Below, piece by piece: positions 1-11,409 of a DNA stretch of 64,000 bases. The stretch's first letter is position 1. Each line of letters starts with the position of its first letter. The position numbers and the translations under genes were made by a program. The stretch spans positions 13,268,001 to 13,332,000 of the forward strand of contig CM106585.1 of NCBI GenBank assembly GCA_048013815.1, read 5' to 3'. This DNA is from Setoptus koraiensis. Its lineage: Eukaryota > Animalia > Arthropoda. Below the pieces are notes generated by a model. It was not told the origin of the DNA and made no database searches. It saw only the letters and a program-made list of their open reading frames with translations.

Positions 1-147
1 CTCTCTCTCTCTCTCTCTTTGTCTGTCTTGCTGGCCAACAATGGAGCGAGCCGAGGTTGTGTTTGTCATGACACAACACTGGCCAGAGACTAGATTGCCG
101 CTCACCGGAAGTGTCCCTCATTCTGTGTGTGTGTGTGAATGTGCCAG

Positions 148-330
148 AAACAATGGTCGATGGACGGATTCACGGGCACACGAATAGTGAGCGAGTCGGG
201 CACACTTTCAATTGGGCATACTCGTCGCTTGGGTGCAACAACTGCGAGCCAGCAACAACGACAGCAGCAACAACAACAACAGCAACAACGACAGCAGCAA
301 CAACAACAACAGCAACAACGACAGCAACAG
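148..330 (+). CDS. Candidate upstream coding exon of the expansion-like gene
   Basis: Acceptor-like gtgccag at 141-147 and donor CAG|GTGAGA at 331. The donor is phase 0, matching the phase-0 acceptor at 2967. Translation KQWSMDGFTGTRI resembles the recalled Expansion MH2 segment INGSDDGFDGMRI, but the rest diverges and ends in polyQ. Confidence 0.35.
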
Positions 331-2966
331 GTGAGAGATAGGATTGGCAAAGGCGGCAACAATTGCGCAACAGAAACAACAACAACGCTGTTGCAACGCG
401 ATGCGAAGCGTGTGTGTGTGTGTGTGTCTTTTTAAATTATACCAAGTGAAAACGGCAACAACAATATGATGGCTACGACGATAATTACGACCACGATGGC
501 GATTGCAATCAAGCACGCGCGATCATGATGAGTAGAGCAGTCGCCATGCCCACTGTTACCAGCAACAAGTTGACCATTTGTGGACCATCTCTGAATATCT
601 GAATCTTTGAATCTTTGAATCTCTGGATTGAGCCAAACATCTCACACAATGATGTGCCCGTTTGCGACAAACAATTGCGACAATGTCCGACCGAGAACAG
701 GTTGTTGCACACACGCACTTGACACTTGCCAGCCATTTGTTGGCCAGCGTGAAAAGATGATTTTGTTGGCTGTTGCTGTTGTTGTTGTTGTTGTTGTCTT
801 CATCGCTGACCAGCTGACCAGCTGGCCAGCTGGCGCTCGCCGTTGATGATGGGAAAAACGGAAATTAATAATAACGATGGATTTATCGCGCCACAACAAT
901 ACGGAACAAGGCCAAATGCAGCTCATTAAATATTACAAAACAACAACCATAAAGCACCGTTTAGACATGCACACCGGCGGAGATGCAAACTCTGGCCACT
1001 TTGGCCACTCTCGCTAACAGCGCCATTGTTTGGCACGATGGCTCGATTGCGCAAGCGACAAATAATTGAATAACAATGTTATCACTGTCATCATCTGTCT
1101 GGGCACAATTGTCAGACTTGGGCCACTTTGCGACTGCAACAAATTGTAAATTGTGTCCACACTCGCCGGCGCCCATTCCGACGACAGTATCCGCTTCTTA
1201 ATTGCGCCCCAGATTGCGTCGGATTAGACCAGAGGATAATGCACATTACACTCTGGCGTGTGCGCTCTTGTGTGACGGAAAGCGGCCTACAGAATATACA
1301 AAATATTTCGACAATATTCACACTTTTCAGCTACTGTGTGCACTTTGCTGCAACACGAACATGGCTTTCAATTTTAGGCCACTCCGCGGGCCGACACACC
1401 GGGAAAAAAATGGCGACATTCCGGCAAAAATATCGACATACCGGCGCAAAAATATCGACACCCTCCCGTTTGTCTTCCGACGATATTGCGGACCGCTGGC
1501 GATCGCACAATATTCACACTAATACTGATGATAAATACTGATGATAGTCCGGCGCGATGCATTGATGATTTTATTTATATACGTTGACGCTGATAATTGT
1601 TTCATCATCGCTGATACTCGATCGCTTCGTCGCTATGTTTGTGTCGACGGCGATGCTGGCCATCATCGCAATGCTTGCTGAGCCATGTTTTTGCACTGGC
1701 AACTCGCTACTTTCGAGTTACGTTCGGGTTACGTTCGAGTCACTCTCGAGCTACTCCCGAGCTGGTCGCAACTCACACCAAATCTCACAAATTGTCGAGC
1801 GATGAAGCAGGCCAACTAATGGCACGATGATGAATTAGTTTATGTTAATATTAGCATTGTAATGAAGATTCAATTACTTGCCGTTGTTGTTGCCGTTGTT
1901 GTTGTTGCTGCTTTTGCTGCTGTTGTTGTTGCATTCATTATTATGCATGCTGCGCCATGTTGAAACTTAAAAAATGAAATGCAACAACAGCAACAGCAAC
2001 ACCAAGCTAAACTTAGGTGTGTCCGCCGTTTGTTTGTGTTGTGCAATATTTATCATAATGAGTCATTACGCGAGCAGCATCGCACACTTAGGGAGAGAGC
2101 TGTGATTACCATAATGGTATCACAATGCTGTTAATAACTATGTTAATAATTGGCACACTCTCGCAATACACACACACTCACACATAATAATTATCGCGCC
2201 AGCCTGCTGATAACTTTTCGTTTTACATTTCGTTTGTTATACATTTGTTTGTGAACTTTTGAGAAGTTTCACAAGTGATAATACAAATATAGTTGCAAAG
2301 TTGCGTGAGCAAACGCGAACATGAGCGAGCGCATCATCACGGACCAAGGGGCTTTGTTTTCGGGAATGCTCATGATTCACAAATTGCCTTTTGCCTTTCG
2401 CCTCTTGCCATTTGCCCGGCCGGCCGTTTATCCGTTCGGCCCGGCTCATCCGTTTCGTTGTCGGGTGTATGTTTAGCACCACTAATGAAATATGCCCGCT
2501 CTAGTTGCATCACCGTTGCTGCTCCATCGCTAGTGGTTGTCGACTTGGCTCGCCGACAACACGGCACACTGAATAAGATGTGGCACACAATCGCGATCAA
2601 TATGTTAAGCAAAATATTATTTGAGTATAATTAGCCGATTATAAGCCCTCACGAGCACCACTGGCGCACCTGTCGATTGTTGGCGGCTGGCTGACTCACT
2701 TCCGGGACAACGCACAACAACAATAACAAAAAGAGCGCCTGCTTTTTCACGGCGAACTGTGTTCGCGCGGCACAGCCCGCCGGAACTTCCTGATCTCTTC
2801 GTTAATCGAGCTGTCGCTTGATGTTGCTGTCAAACTGTTTGCAAGCCAATAATCATCGCTAACTAACCTTCTCGCTAACTGAAACTAACTAACTAAGTAA
2901 TTATTGTTTCGTGTCGCATCTCTCGTCACATCAAATCTCCCTCTCCCCATATGAAAATATCAACAG

Positions 2967-5900
2967 GGCGTGAGGATCAAAATCGACGATTCGGGCGACA
3001 TTTGGGTGAAGCGTCTAAGCAAGTGCAGCGTGTATTTGCGCAAAGTGGGCGCCTCAAACGCCAATGCCAATGCCAACAGTAGCAACAATAATAACAATTC
3101 GGCTGGAAACAGCAGCTCCAGCAGTGATTCTTACATGGCCAACAGTAGCAACAATAGTGATTTAAATGACTTTTACGGAATAGTGGGCTATCCGCCGCAC
3201 AATGCATCGTCGCACAATATTAATCAGCGCCACTCGCACAAGCTGGCGCCCGCAGACCCGTCAGCAATTGGCATTTCCGGTTCAAAGGGCCAACACAGAC
3301 AGCAGCAGCAGCAGCAGCAATCTGCTGGCGGCGCCGGCAAGCAACATGGAAATGGAAAAGTGTCCTCCAACAATCAATTTATAATGCTCAATTCGTCCAG
3401 TTCCGCCGGAAGTTCCGCATCGTCGGGCGCCGGCTCCACCTCTATCAATCAGCAGCATTCTAGCGGCAGCAAGCAACACTCAAATGCAGGCAAAAAGTCG
3501 CTCATGTCATCGTCGTCTGACATGGGACAGCAACAGGACAAAAAGGGCTCCGCTTCAAAGTTACTATCGGGCGAAATAAACAGCTACGGCTCGGTGTCGC
3601 TGGACACGGATGTGGCCCACAAAATATTTGACATGGACGCTTTCAAGCAGGCCCTGGCGCACGAGTTGCGCCAGTCGTGCCCAAACCGATGCAAACTGCT
3701 GAATTGTTGCATATCGATCATCAGTTTCGTCGTGGACGACAAAAAGTTACTCAATTTGCCCTCTTGGGTCATGATAATCAACATAGTGGCCATAGATTTG
3801 CTTAAAACGGAACTCGGTCTCACCGATCAGGATCTGCTCAATCCGATGAGCCCTGGCGCCCTGTTGGGCCAGCCATATTCGCCCTCTCAGCTGCACCGTC
3901 AGCAGCAGCAGCAGCACCACACCAACAATTTGTTTGCATATCGGGCCAGCTCGCACGCCGGCAAGAGCCGCCTAATGAACGGATCGTCGCAAGACGACGT
4001 CATGTGCGCCTCCGAAGCGGCCAACAACGACGGGCCCACAGGCAAGCCGTTTCAGCATTTGCGAACGCGCATCACAAATAATCACAAGAGGAACTTATTT
4101 AACAATATGGACGACACTTGTTTGTTTTCAAATTCGCACAACAGTCACCACAAGCAGCACAATTTCGCCAACGGCGCCAGCCATCTACTGAGAAGCTCGC
4201 TCAGTCAGGAGAATCTGCTATTGGGGTCCGAGCAGCACCATACACAACAGGGCGGTTACAATGGTTCACATGTGAATATTGGCAAAAACGGTCTTGCAGC
4301 GGCACGAAAAGCGTTTGCTGACGCGGCCGCAGCGGGAATTTACAATCAAGTCAAACTGACCTCTAACGGGCCAGACTTGGCCATGATGAACGCCAACGGC
4401 AACGGCAAGAACGGTCTGGCCCGCTACCGGAACATACAAATAATGAAGGGCGGCGCGGGCGGCGGCCATCACCAATGCGACGAAAATTGTCCCATTGCTT
4501 GCTCGCAACAACAACAATCTAAGGCGCTTTTCTCGCATCCGCACAGATTGAGCCAATCGAAGCACGACATGACCAATGTGGACGAATCGTCGGAGGGCTC
4601 GTGCTGCCTCGAGGAGCCGTGCTGCTGTCACGGGCACACAGGTGAAATGGCCCCAACAAACGGTATGGCCGGCAACGGCGACACGGCCAAGCACCATTCG
4701 TGTGCCTCAAAGAACCAGAATGGCAGCACCAGTAGCCAAAATTTATCCTCGTCGTCGGGATTCGATAGTCACAGTTCGTCGACGTTCACCACGACCGAAC
4801 AGCAGCTACTTCCGGCCGGGCAAGCCAAGACAAGCGGTGCAAAGGCGCCCGACAACAATCGGGCCGGTCAAATGGTCATGAGCCAGCAGGCAAGTCTCAG
4901 CGGGGCAGACACCACGAGCGCCTCTATTTATGGGCCCATCAAAATGTCAGCAACTAACGACGATATTGATATTATTTGCGGCGGCAAATGTTGCGATTGT
5001 CAACAGTGCACAACAGCAGCGACTAGTAACTGTTGCAACGAGCACGACAGATGCTGCCCGCAGACGGCGAGCCAGCCGGCCCAACAGCGATATTTGTCGC
5101 ACGACGACTGTGCCGGGCCGGCCGGCGAGCTGCCCGTGGCCAAGCAGCACCACAGCAAGTACCTTCATTCGGCCTACCACAACCATCATCATCATTATCA
5201 CGGGCGCACTGTTGAGCAGGGCGCCAATTTGCTGTTGGTGGCGCCCACTGGATTATCGCCACAATTGCCTACGAAGTTGGCCCATACGCCACACTTTTCT
5301 ACCATTCAGTACATAGACGGAAACGGTCAATGCAACGTGTTACATAACGACATTGCTGAGTTGAACAAGGGCAAATCGGCGCCCGAGAAAACCGGCGCCG
5401 CTGCTAGTAGCACCAGCACCAATATAAATAATGGTAACGGTTCGCCGCTGCCGCCCGGTATTCCGGCCCACGCTCAATTGGCGCCACCGGCCACACAAAA
5501 GCACATATTGCGTTACGTAATGTCGGCGGTGAAAAATGTGGCCAACGGAACGAATAAACAACAAACTGCCACAACCATGCCCGCCACGGACAACAACAAC
5601 AAACAGCAGCTCAACACCACGAGCAACTTCATCAGCAAGCAGCGACCCTTGCCTATTTTGCCCACGCAACAACAGCAACAACTGAAGCAACAGCAGCTAT
5701 TAGGCCGGCCTAGTCAGCATCAGCAGTACGCTATGGATCAAGAGGAGGACAACCTGTATTATTGTGGCCTGCAAGCTAGAGTGCCCGCATTCAGAAGGAA
5801 CCCCACGGCGGGCCAATTGTCGTCGCCGGCCAACATCAATGCAATTCTCACTGACATCAATGGGAAAATTGTTGCCAGACGAGGGGGCGCCTTCAACGGA

Positions 5901-6347
5901 TACAATCATCAATACAATAATCAAATGTATCACAGCAGTAAACATCATCATCATCATCATTATCAATTGCAACAACAATCTAATCATTTGTCTAAATCCA
6001 ATCTAGGTGGCGCAGTTTTGGGACCCAAAAACAAATTATTATTGGATCAATTGAAGATGTTGTCTAGTGTACAAAATCATCCAAATGTTTTGTCTTCTTC
6101 CTCTAATCTATTATCAAATCATCACAACTCTTTGTTCCTAAGTGCCGACAATCTGAATCATGTCCACAGATCAAATCCGTTGTTGTCCACAACAGCGGCA
6201 ACAGCAAAAACAGCAATCAGTGGAGCTAGTTCAACGAAGAAAGAGAAAAAGGGAGTTAAATTGTTTTCATTGTCGTCGTCCTCATCCTCGAACCAGTCAA
6301 CGGATCAATTGGCCTCGCAAGACCAAGAAAACAGTTCGTCCAAGCAG
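2967..6347 (+). CDS. exp: Expansion-like atypical Smad (MH2-domain) protein, main exon
   Basis: Acceptor caacag|GGC GTG after CTAAC-rich sequence; the ORF-track GTG start at 2970 is not the real start. GVRIKIDDSGDIWVKRLSKCSVYLR and KIFDMDAFKQALAHELRQSCPNRCKLLNCCISIISFVVDDKKLLNLPSWVMIINIVAIDLLKTEL match the Expansion/Rebuf MH2 C-terminal half. EDNLYYCGLQARVPAF matches the recalled Expansion C-terminal conserved motif (YYCGLxARxPxF). Donor CAG|GTGAGT at 6348. Confidence 0.88.
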
Positions 6348-6445
6348 GTGAGTTTAATATATCATAAGGTATCAAGATATCATTTTCATATCACTTTTCT
6401 CCATCATAAATCCATAATCATGCTAATGCCAATCCGTTCAATTCG

Positions 6446-6450
<5 letters not shown>

Positions 6451-6492
<42 letters not shown>
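6451..6492. repeat. (CT)n microsatellite in the last intron of exp
   Basis: Perfect TC dinucleotide run. It explains the SLSLSL read-through in the ORF track. Confidence 0.95.
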
Positions 6493-6495
<3 letters not shown>

Positions 6496-6523
6496 ATCCG
6501 AAAACTAACTCTGATAAACGCAG

Positions 6524-6571
6524 AAAGCGTCCAAATCAACGAAACGCACCAAGACGACGCGCAAAAGCTGA
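6524..6571 (+). CDS. exp: Probable terminal exon of the expansion-like gene (KASKSTKRTKTTRKS*)
   Basis: Branch-like CTAAC at about 6505 and acceptor cgcag|6524. A phase-0 join to the donor at 6348 gives a 176-nt intron. AATAAA at 6682 and 6716. Confidence 0.55.
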   Translation, partial: KASKSTKRTKTTRKS

Positions 6572-7249
6572 CTCTGGCCAATCGCTCGGACAAACAGATC
6601 GTCCACCTGACTGTTTCTCGTGTCGTATACATAAAGAAATATTGATCACTAATAGTGACAAAACGAATATATAAAAAGTGAATAAATATTGTAACCCATA
6701 GTCGTGTAGTCTGCCAATAAAATTATCTAGCTATAATCACATCAACATCATCACAATGGATTGTATATATCAGCTCTAAATCACTTCAATCTCTGATTCA
6801 CAAGTCAGTAACAGCAGCTGGATTTAATGTATCGGTTTGTGCGAGATTTGCCTAATTGATTCTGTTCGTGATTGTACTTTTAGAACTGTTGTCATCGGTT
6901 AGCACATATCGTTCTGCGAGGATACGTTGATTAGGCGATTCGCAGGATAATAAAACAAATTGTTAGTGTGTGATGTTGTTGGTGGTGCTGGCTAACACCA
7001 AGGACAGCAGCGGGGAAATCTATAAACATTATTTCGATTATCTTGATCCAAGAGCAAAGGGTTAGTGAAGTATTTCGAAGAGCGAGAATCATTTTTATCA
7101 AGATTATGATTTTATTTTTACAATCGTATCTTAATCAAACGAGATCCAAAACTGTCAGTTATATTGTATGGCGTTCATCTAATTTGAACCGGGTACTTGT
7201 ACATACCTTCGTTTCACGCCACTTGGTTGCTCGGCACCGGTTGTAGGTA

Positions 7250-7634
7250 CACCGAGCTGGCAGAAACGTTTAGACTATCCAGACTATGTATAGAAAAGAT
7301 TCGATCAAAATAGCGGACATGGAATTGTTGCAACAAGGAAAGGGATTCACAGCATTGTCATGGCGGCGATTCCTCTAGTTAATAGTATGAATCAACATCC
7401 CTGTGCCATAGACATATTGCACCTTTCTGGCACCATTCGTGGTTGTTTTAAAGAATCCAAAAAGCATCATCTAAAGTTCATACGGAAGAGCATTGGTGAA
7501 AAAATAAAAACGAAGTAATGTGGAAAAACCTCCAACACGCTCTTATCTTCATATCTGGCAGCGAATTCCATTTTATTTAGTCTCTCTTTTCTATACATAG
7601 TCTTGATGGTCTAAACGTTTCTGCCAGCTCGGTG
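7250..7634 (+). mobile_element. Tc1/mariner-type non-autonomous (internally deleted) DNA transposon
   Basis: 50-bp terminal inverted repeats at 7250-7299 and 7585-7634 (CACCGAGCTGGCAGAAACGTTTAGAC..., 2 mismatches), flanked by TA on both sides. Internal + strand remnants MELLQQGKGFTALS and KKHHLKFIRK/HW*KNKNEVMW resemble Tc1 transposase HTH and pre-catalytic segments. Confidence 0.78.
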
Positions 7635-7841
7635 TACCTAAGAACGGGCCTTTATGTGCAGATTGAATAGCTCGATCGAATTCTGAATTCTACAGCAACA
7701 CTGGTGAAATAAGGTTTCGTTCTGGCTAACGAAGAGAGGCCGGGCGAGCTCGCTCCCAATCTTATTAAATTAATTATTATTTAATTATTATTATTATTTA
7801 ATTTTATTATGATAATAGTGACAATGATAATGATAATGATA

Positions 7842-9100
7842 TTATTGTTGTTGCTGTTGTTGCTTCTGCAGCTGTTGTGGCGGATCCACCTCCATCTCAG
7901 TTGGTCCTGCTGCTGTTGCTATTGGTGTTGTTATCGGTGTTGCTGTTGTTGTAGTTAGAGCTGCTGCTGTTGTTGGTTCTGCTGATGTTGTTGTTGGTGT
8001 TTTGGTTGTTGTTGGAGCTGCTGATACCCGTTCGCCCGCCTTGCCCGCGGCAATAAACTCCATCCTGGCGATTCTCGAGTCGAGAGTCTCGCCAGGACGT
8101 CGGCGGTGGCCGGCATATTCGTCGGCCTAGACCTGTAGCACAGGTCGGATCAGGGGCCTTGGTCCGAACACTACAGGCTCAGGCCGGCGAGGTTGTTTGT
8201 GTTGTTGGCGTTGGTGTTGTTGGCGTCGGCGCTGGGCGGCGGTGAGCAGTGGTGGTGGGTGCTGCTCTTGGTCCTGTTTTTGCCGGCCACCATAGTGGTT
8301 GACGATGCAGTTGGCGTTCTAGTTAGAAAACATCGCCAACTGCACTAATAAAGCGGATGATGATAGTGGTGACGACGATGATGGTTTCAATAATGAGAAA
8401 ATGCGACAAAATATATTCTCTGAACATTGTTTTCACAGAGTTTGAAGATCCCAACGAGTCGCAGGTTATAGAAAAGAAGAAGTCTAACCAAATCACCACA
8501 TGTATTCGGAACAGGGAAATAATGACATGTAGCCTAAAACGAATATCTCGCGACTTATTGCTCCGTTCGGTTCTTCTAGCTAAAGATGATGAATTTTCCG
8601 TTACCACTCGCGATGGCCTGGTGGTAAACCTGTCTCTTTGATTTCTGGCAAGTTAATTTCCTAAGTCACAACAACATTGATGCCATTTATGATCCCGCAA
8701 GAATCTTTCGAGTCTCTTGCATTTGACAGGGAATCATAACAGGAGGTCTTTGATGAATTGAGAGTCTTATAACTACCGGTTTAAGAAAGTGATGTTCTAA
8801 ACCCAATGAGAAGCTTGGTTCGCAAGATTGGTCGGAAAGGTCTCTCTGCGGTGCCTACGATCCATCTGTAATCGACAGTGAGACGCTTTCGGATGTACTC
8901 TGCAATTTCCACGTGGCTAGTATCGACAATCACTGCAGCACTATGACGCAATAGGTGTGTGCATTATGCCAAATCAGCGTGCCTTCTGTAGTGCATCGAT
9001 TAAAATCTCGTTTTGAAAGTTGTAGCTAACTTGTCGAATGAAGTGTCATTGGAAAGCTATTGATGCGATCTATATGCTAAGATGTAAATATAGTGAAAGA
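7842..9100 (-). mobile_element. Possible degenerate retrotransposon gag remnant (Ty3/Gypsy-like)
   Basis: A stop-ridden minus frame gives LSNDTSFDKLATTFKTRF ... EIAEYIRKR, reminiscent of the retrotransposon gag pattern (W..L...F..RF ... E....Y..RF). Downstream GPTEMEVD resembles the Gag PMEVD motif. No pol or paired LTRs seen. Confidence 0.3.
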
Positions 9101-9980
9101 ATTGATCTTGGAACCCAATGAGCGGCCCGGGTACCGAATTTTTCTCTATTTTTTTTCATTTTTTCCTATGGTGCGCATGGTTTTTTAATTTTTTTTTTCG
9201 CTCAATTTGTAGAGTTTTCATTTCTCTACACAATGAGCTATAGTTCGTAAACCAGTTCGCGAGATATAGGGAGTGCGGATAAAAAAGGGCGCACCGCACG
9301 GGCTGTGCAGGCCCGAGCGGTACCCGGGGGGCGGGACGGAGCCACCTGGTGGTGGTCAACAAAAATAAAATATGGTCTTCGCCCAAAAAAGAAGTCTCAA
9401 AACACCCCTGTTTTGCACCACGTCCTTGAGGCCGATCTCGGAACAACTGAAATGCTGACATTTGTTGCTGACTCTCTAGTTGTGTCAAAGCCAACAGAAA
9501 TGGCCAAGAAGACAAAGTTCGAGAACGAAAGAACGTGAAAAATAATTTCCTTCCAAAACATGTCTATTTAATTGACGGTTCAAGTGTATGATGGTCAATA
9601 GCAACGATATGCAAAATTGATTGAATCACCAATGGGTGAAAGCCACGGAGCCAGATGCTCAACAAATGCCGATTATTTAACATGTGTAATTCGCGTAGCT
9701 CGAACGAAATAGCTATTTAAGCTAGTGATCTAGGGAAACAGGGAAACGTTTTCCCAATGGTGAATCCCATTTCACATCATGCGAGCGACAAAGGGAGCGA
9801 AAAACAGGAGAGATGGGAGAAAAATCGAGAACACTCGCAAAAACTGATTCTACATACTTTCGACAGCCGAGTTTTTTTTCCTCAGTTACAACAAATCTGC
9901 GAGTTCAATCAGGAAATTATCACATACAAAAAAAAATGTTCTGATGCCGATCAGAACAATGTATCAAGTTATGTTATACG

Positions 9981-9990
9981 TTTATTTATT
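9981..9990 (-). promoter_or_regulatory. Overlapping AATAAA polyadenylation signals of the orphan secreted gene
   Basis: TTTATTTATT on the + strand, about 130 nt past the stop at 10120. Confidence 0.5.
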
Positions 9991-10119
9991 GTTTTAAGCG
10001 ATTTTATCTGCCAGTTGTCGTTGCAGGACCTAGCTCAATCTTTGCGAATACATTTTGTGTGCCTTGGTGAATCGATATTCTAATAATATCTTTACACCTA
10101 GCACGTCGTTTCAGCACGC

Positions 10120-11409
10120 TCATTCATGTTGCCAATAATACGAATATGGCTCTGGTTTGACACAACTTCTATAAGGGCACGACGGCACTCGTTTTAGCTG
10201 AACTTGCTTCCTTGCTTCCCTGGCCTTTCTTTCCGCCTCTCTCTTGGCTTCTCTCTGCTCTCTTCTCCTCTTGTACTTTTGTTTGGCTGCCTTTTGATTG
10301 GCCTCATCTAGCTGCTTTCGCATTCTGACCTCCGCTTGTTTCAGTAACTCGGCAAACCTTTTCGCTGCCTCAGTCTTTGCCTGCTTCTTTGCCTCTTCCA
10401 TCTCGGTCTGCTTCTTTTGCTCTTCCAACTCTGCCTGTTTCCTTGCCTCCTCCATCTCTGCCTGCTGCTTCGCCTCTTCCGCTGCTTGCAAATCTTTCTG
10501 CTCGACCTCTTTCTTAAACGCTTCAAACTTTTCTGATTCCTCCTTGAGTTTTGAATCGCAGGTATTTTTATCAGTTGTCATCTTTGCGAGCTCCGCTATC
10601 TTGGAGTTTTTCGCTGCCTCGCTCGCACTTAAACTGCTTTTCGTTTTGGCCAATTCAGCTTCGCACGCGGCCGCCTTGGCTGCCTGTGCCTGCAAGCCAG
10701 ATAATTTGGTTTCGTATGATTTTTTCAGTTCATCCAGACGAGCATCGCACTCAGCTTTGCTCGAGGACAATTTTTTCGTTGCATCAGCCAATTCTTGTTC
10801 TTTTTGTTTCAGTTTATTCGCGGCGTCCTCAATCAGTTGCTTCTGGGCCTCTATTTGTGCTTCGAAATCCTTCTTCACCGTGGATAGTTCGAGCTCGTGC
10901 TGACTAGTTAAAGATTCAATTTCTTTTTCGTGGGCTTGTTTGGTTTCTTTCAGCTCAACAGACGTCGCAATGAACGCTTTTTTCGCTTGTTCGAAATTTT
11001 CGCGAATCACTGCATTATAGGTCTTCATTTTCATTTCTTTTGCTCTCAGGCCATCGAGTTGTCGCTGTTTTTCGTTTAAAGCTTTGGTTAACACAGTCAT
11101 TCTTTCTTCGTCGTCATGCCTATTGCCATTTTTACCGAATACCTGCTTATTTTTGACATTAGTTGTAACATTTATGACGGATGGACCTATGCGCTCGCCA
11201 TCGTCATCGTCCGAAATCGTGGCAACGGCCGAAGAGTGCGCCCTTCCGCGATTGCTGTGATTTTCGACCGACGAGCTCACTCTAGCCGAAAGAGATGGTC
11301 TTCGAGTAGGCGCGATCGAGACTATACTTTGAGGCTTCGCCAAAATTACCGGAGCAAGTAAAATACATGCCACCAACGAGAGTTCGACAATTTGCTGTTT
11401 AGTCTTCAT
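10120..11409 (-). CDS. Orphan secreted coiled-coil protein, 429 aa, single exon
   Basis: First ATG at 11409 (the track start at 11448 is TTG). Signal-peptide-like MKTKQQIVELSLVACILLAPVILA-KPQ, then an S/R/D-rich linker, a long heptad coiled coil, an E/K/A-rich 9-aa repeat and a basic tail. The frame is fully open and has a downstream polyA signal. Confidence 0.85.
   Translation of the reverse strand: MKTKQQIVELSLVACILLAPVILAKPQSIVSIAPTRRPSLSARVSSSVENHSNRGRAHSSAVATISDDDDGERIGPSVINVTTNVKNKQVFGKNGNRHDDEERMTVLTKALNEKQRQLDGLRAKEMKMKTYNAVIRENFEQAKKAFIATSVELKETKQAHEKEIESLTSQHELELSTVKKDFEAQIEAQKQLIEDAANKLKQKEQELADATKKLSSSKAECDARLDELKKSYETKLSGLQAQAAKAAACEAELAKTKSSLSASEAAKNSKIAELAKMTTDKNTCDSKLKEESEKFEAFKKEVEQKDLQAAEEAKQQAEMEEARKQAELEEQKKQTEMEEAKKQAKTEAAKRFAELLKQAEVRMRKQLDEANQKAAKQKYKRRREQREAKREAERKAREARKQVQLKRVPSCPYRSCVKPEPYSYYWQHE

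Noticed and set aside
1700-1760. tRNA B-box-like GTTCGAGTC
   Set aside because: It is part of a degenerate 11-bp tandem array, with no A box or cloverleaf.
6348-6674. ORF-track C-terminal extension of exp (VSLIYH...SLSLSL...KTNI)
   Set aside because: It starts at a consensus GTGAGT donor and runs through a (CT)n microsatellite, so it is best explained as intron read-through.
7705-7760. Possible hammerhead or HDV-like ribozyme (GGCTAA, CGAAAC, GCGAGCTCGC)
   Set aside because: No CTGANGA core on either strand and no P1/P2/P3 nested pairing could be built.
10298-10907. Plus-strand ORFs overlapping the coiled-coil gene
   Set aside because: Antisense shadows of the E/K/A-rich coding strand. The same applies to the many short ORFs overlapping exp, ZP, EAAT and CDK.
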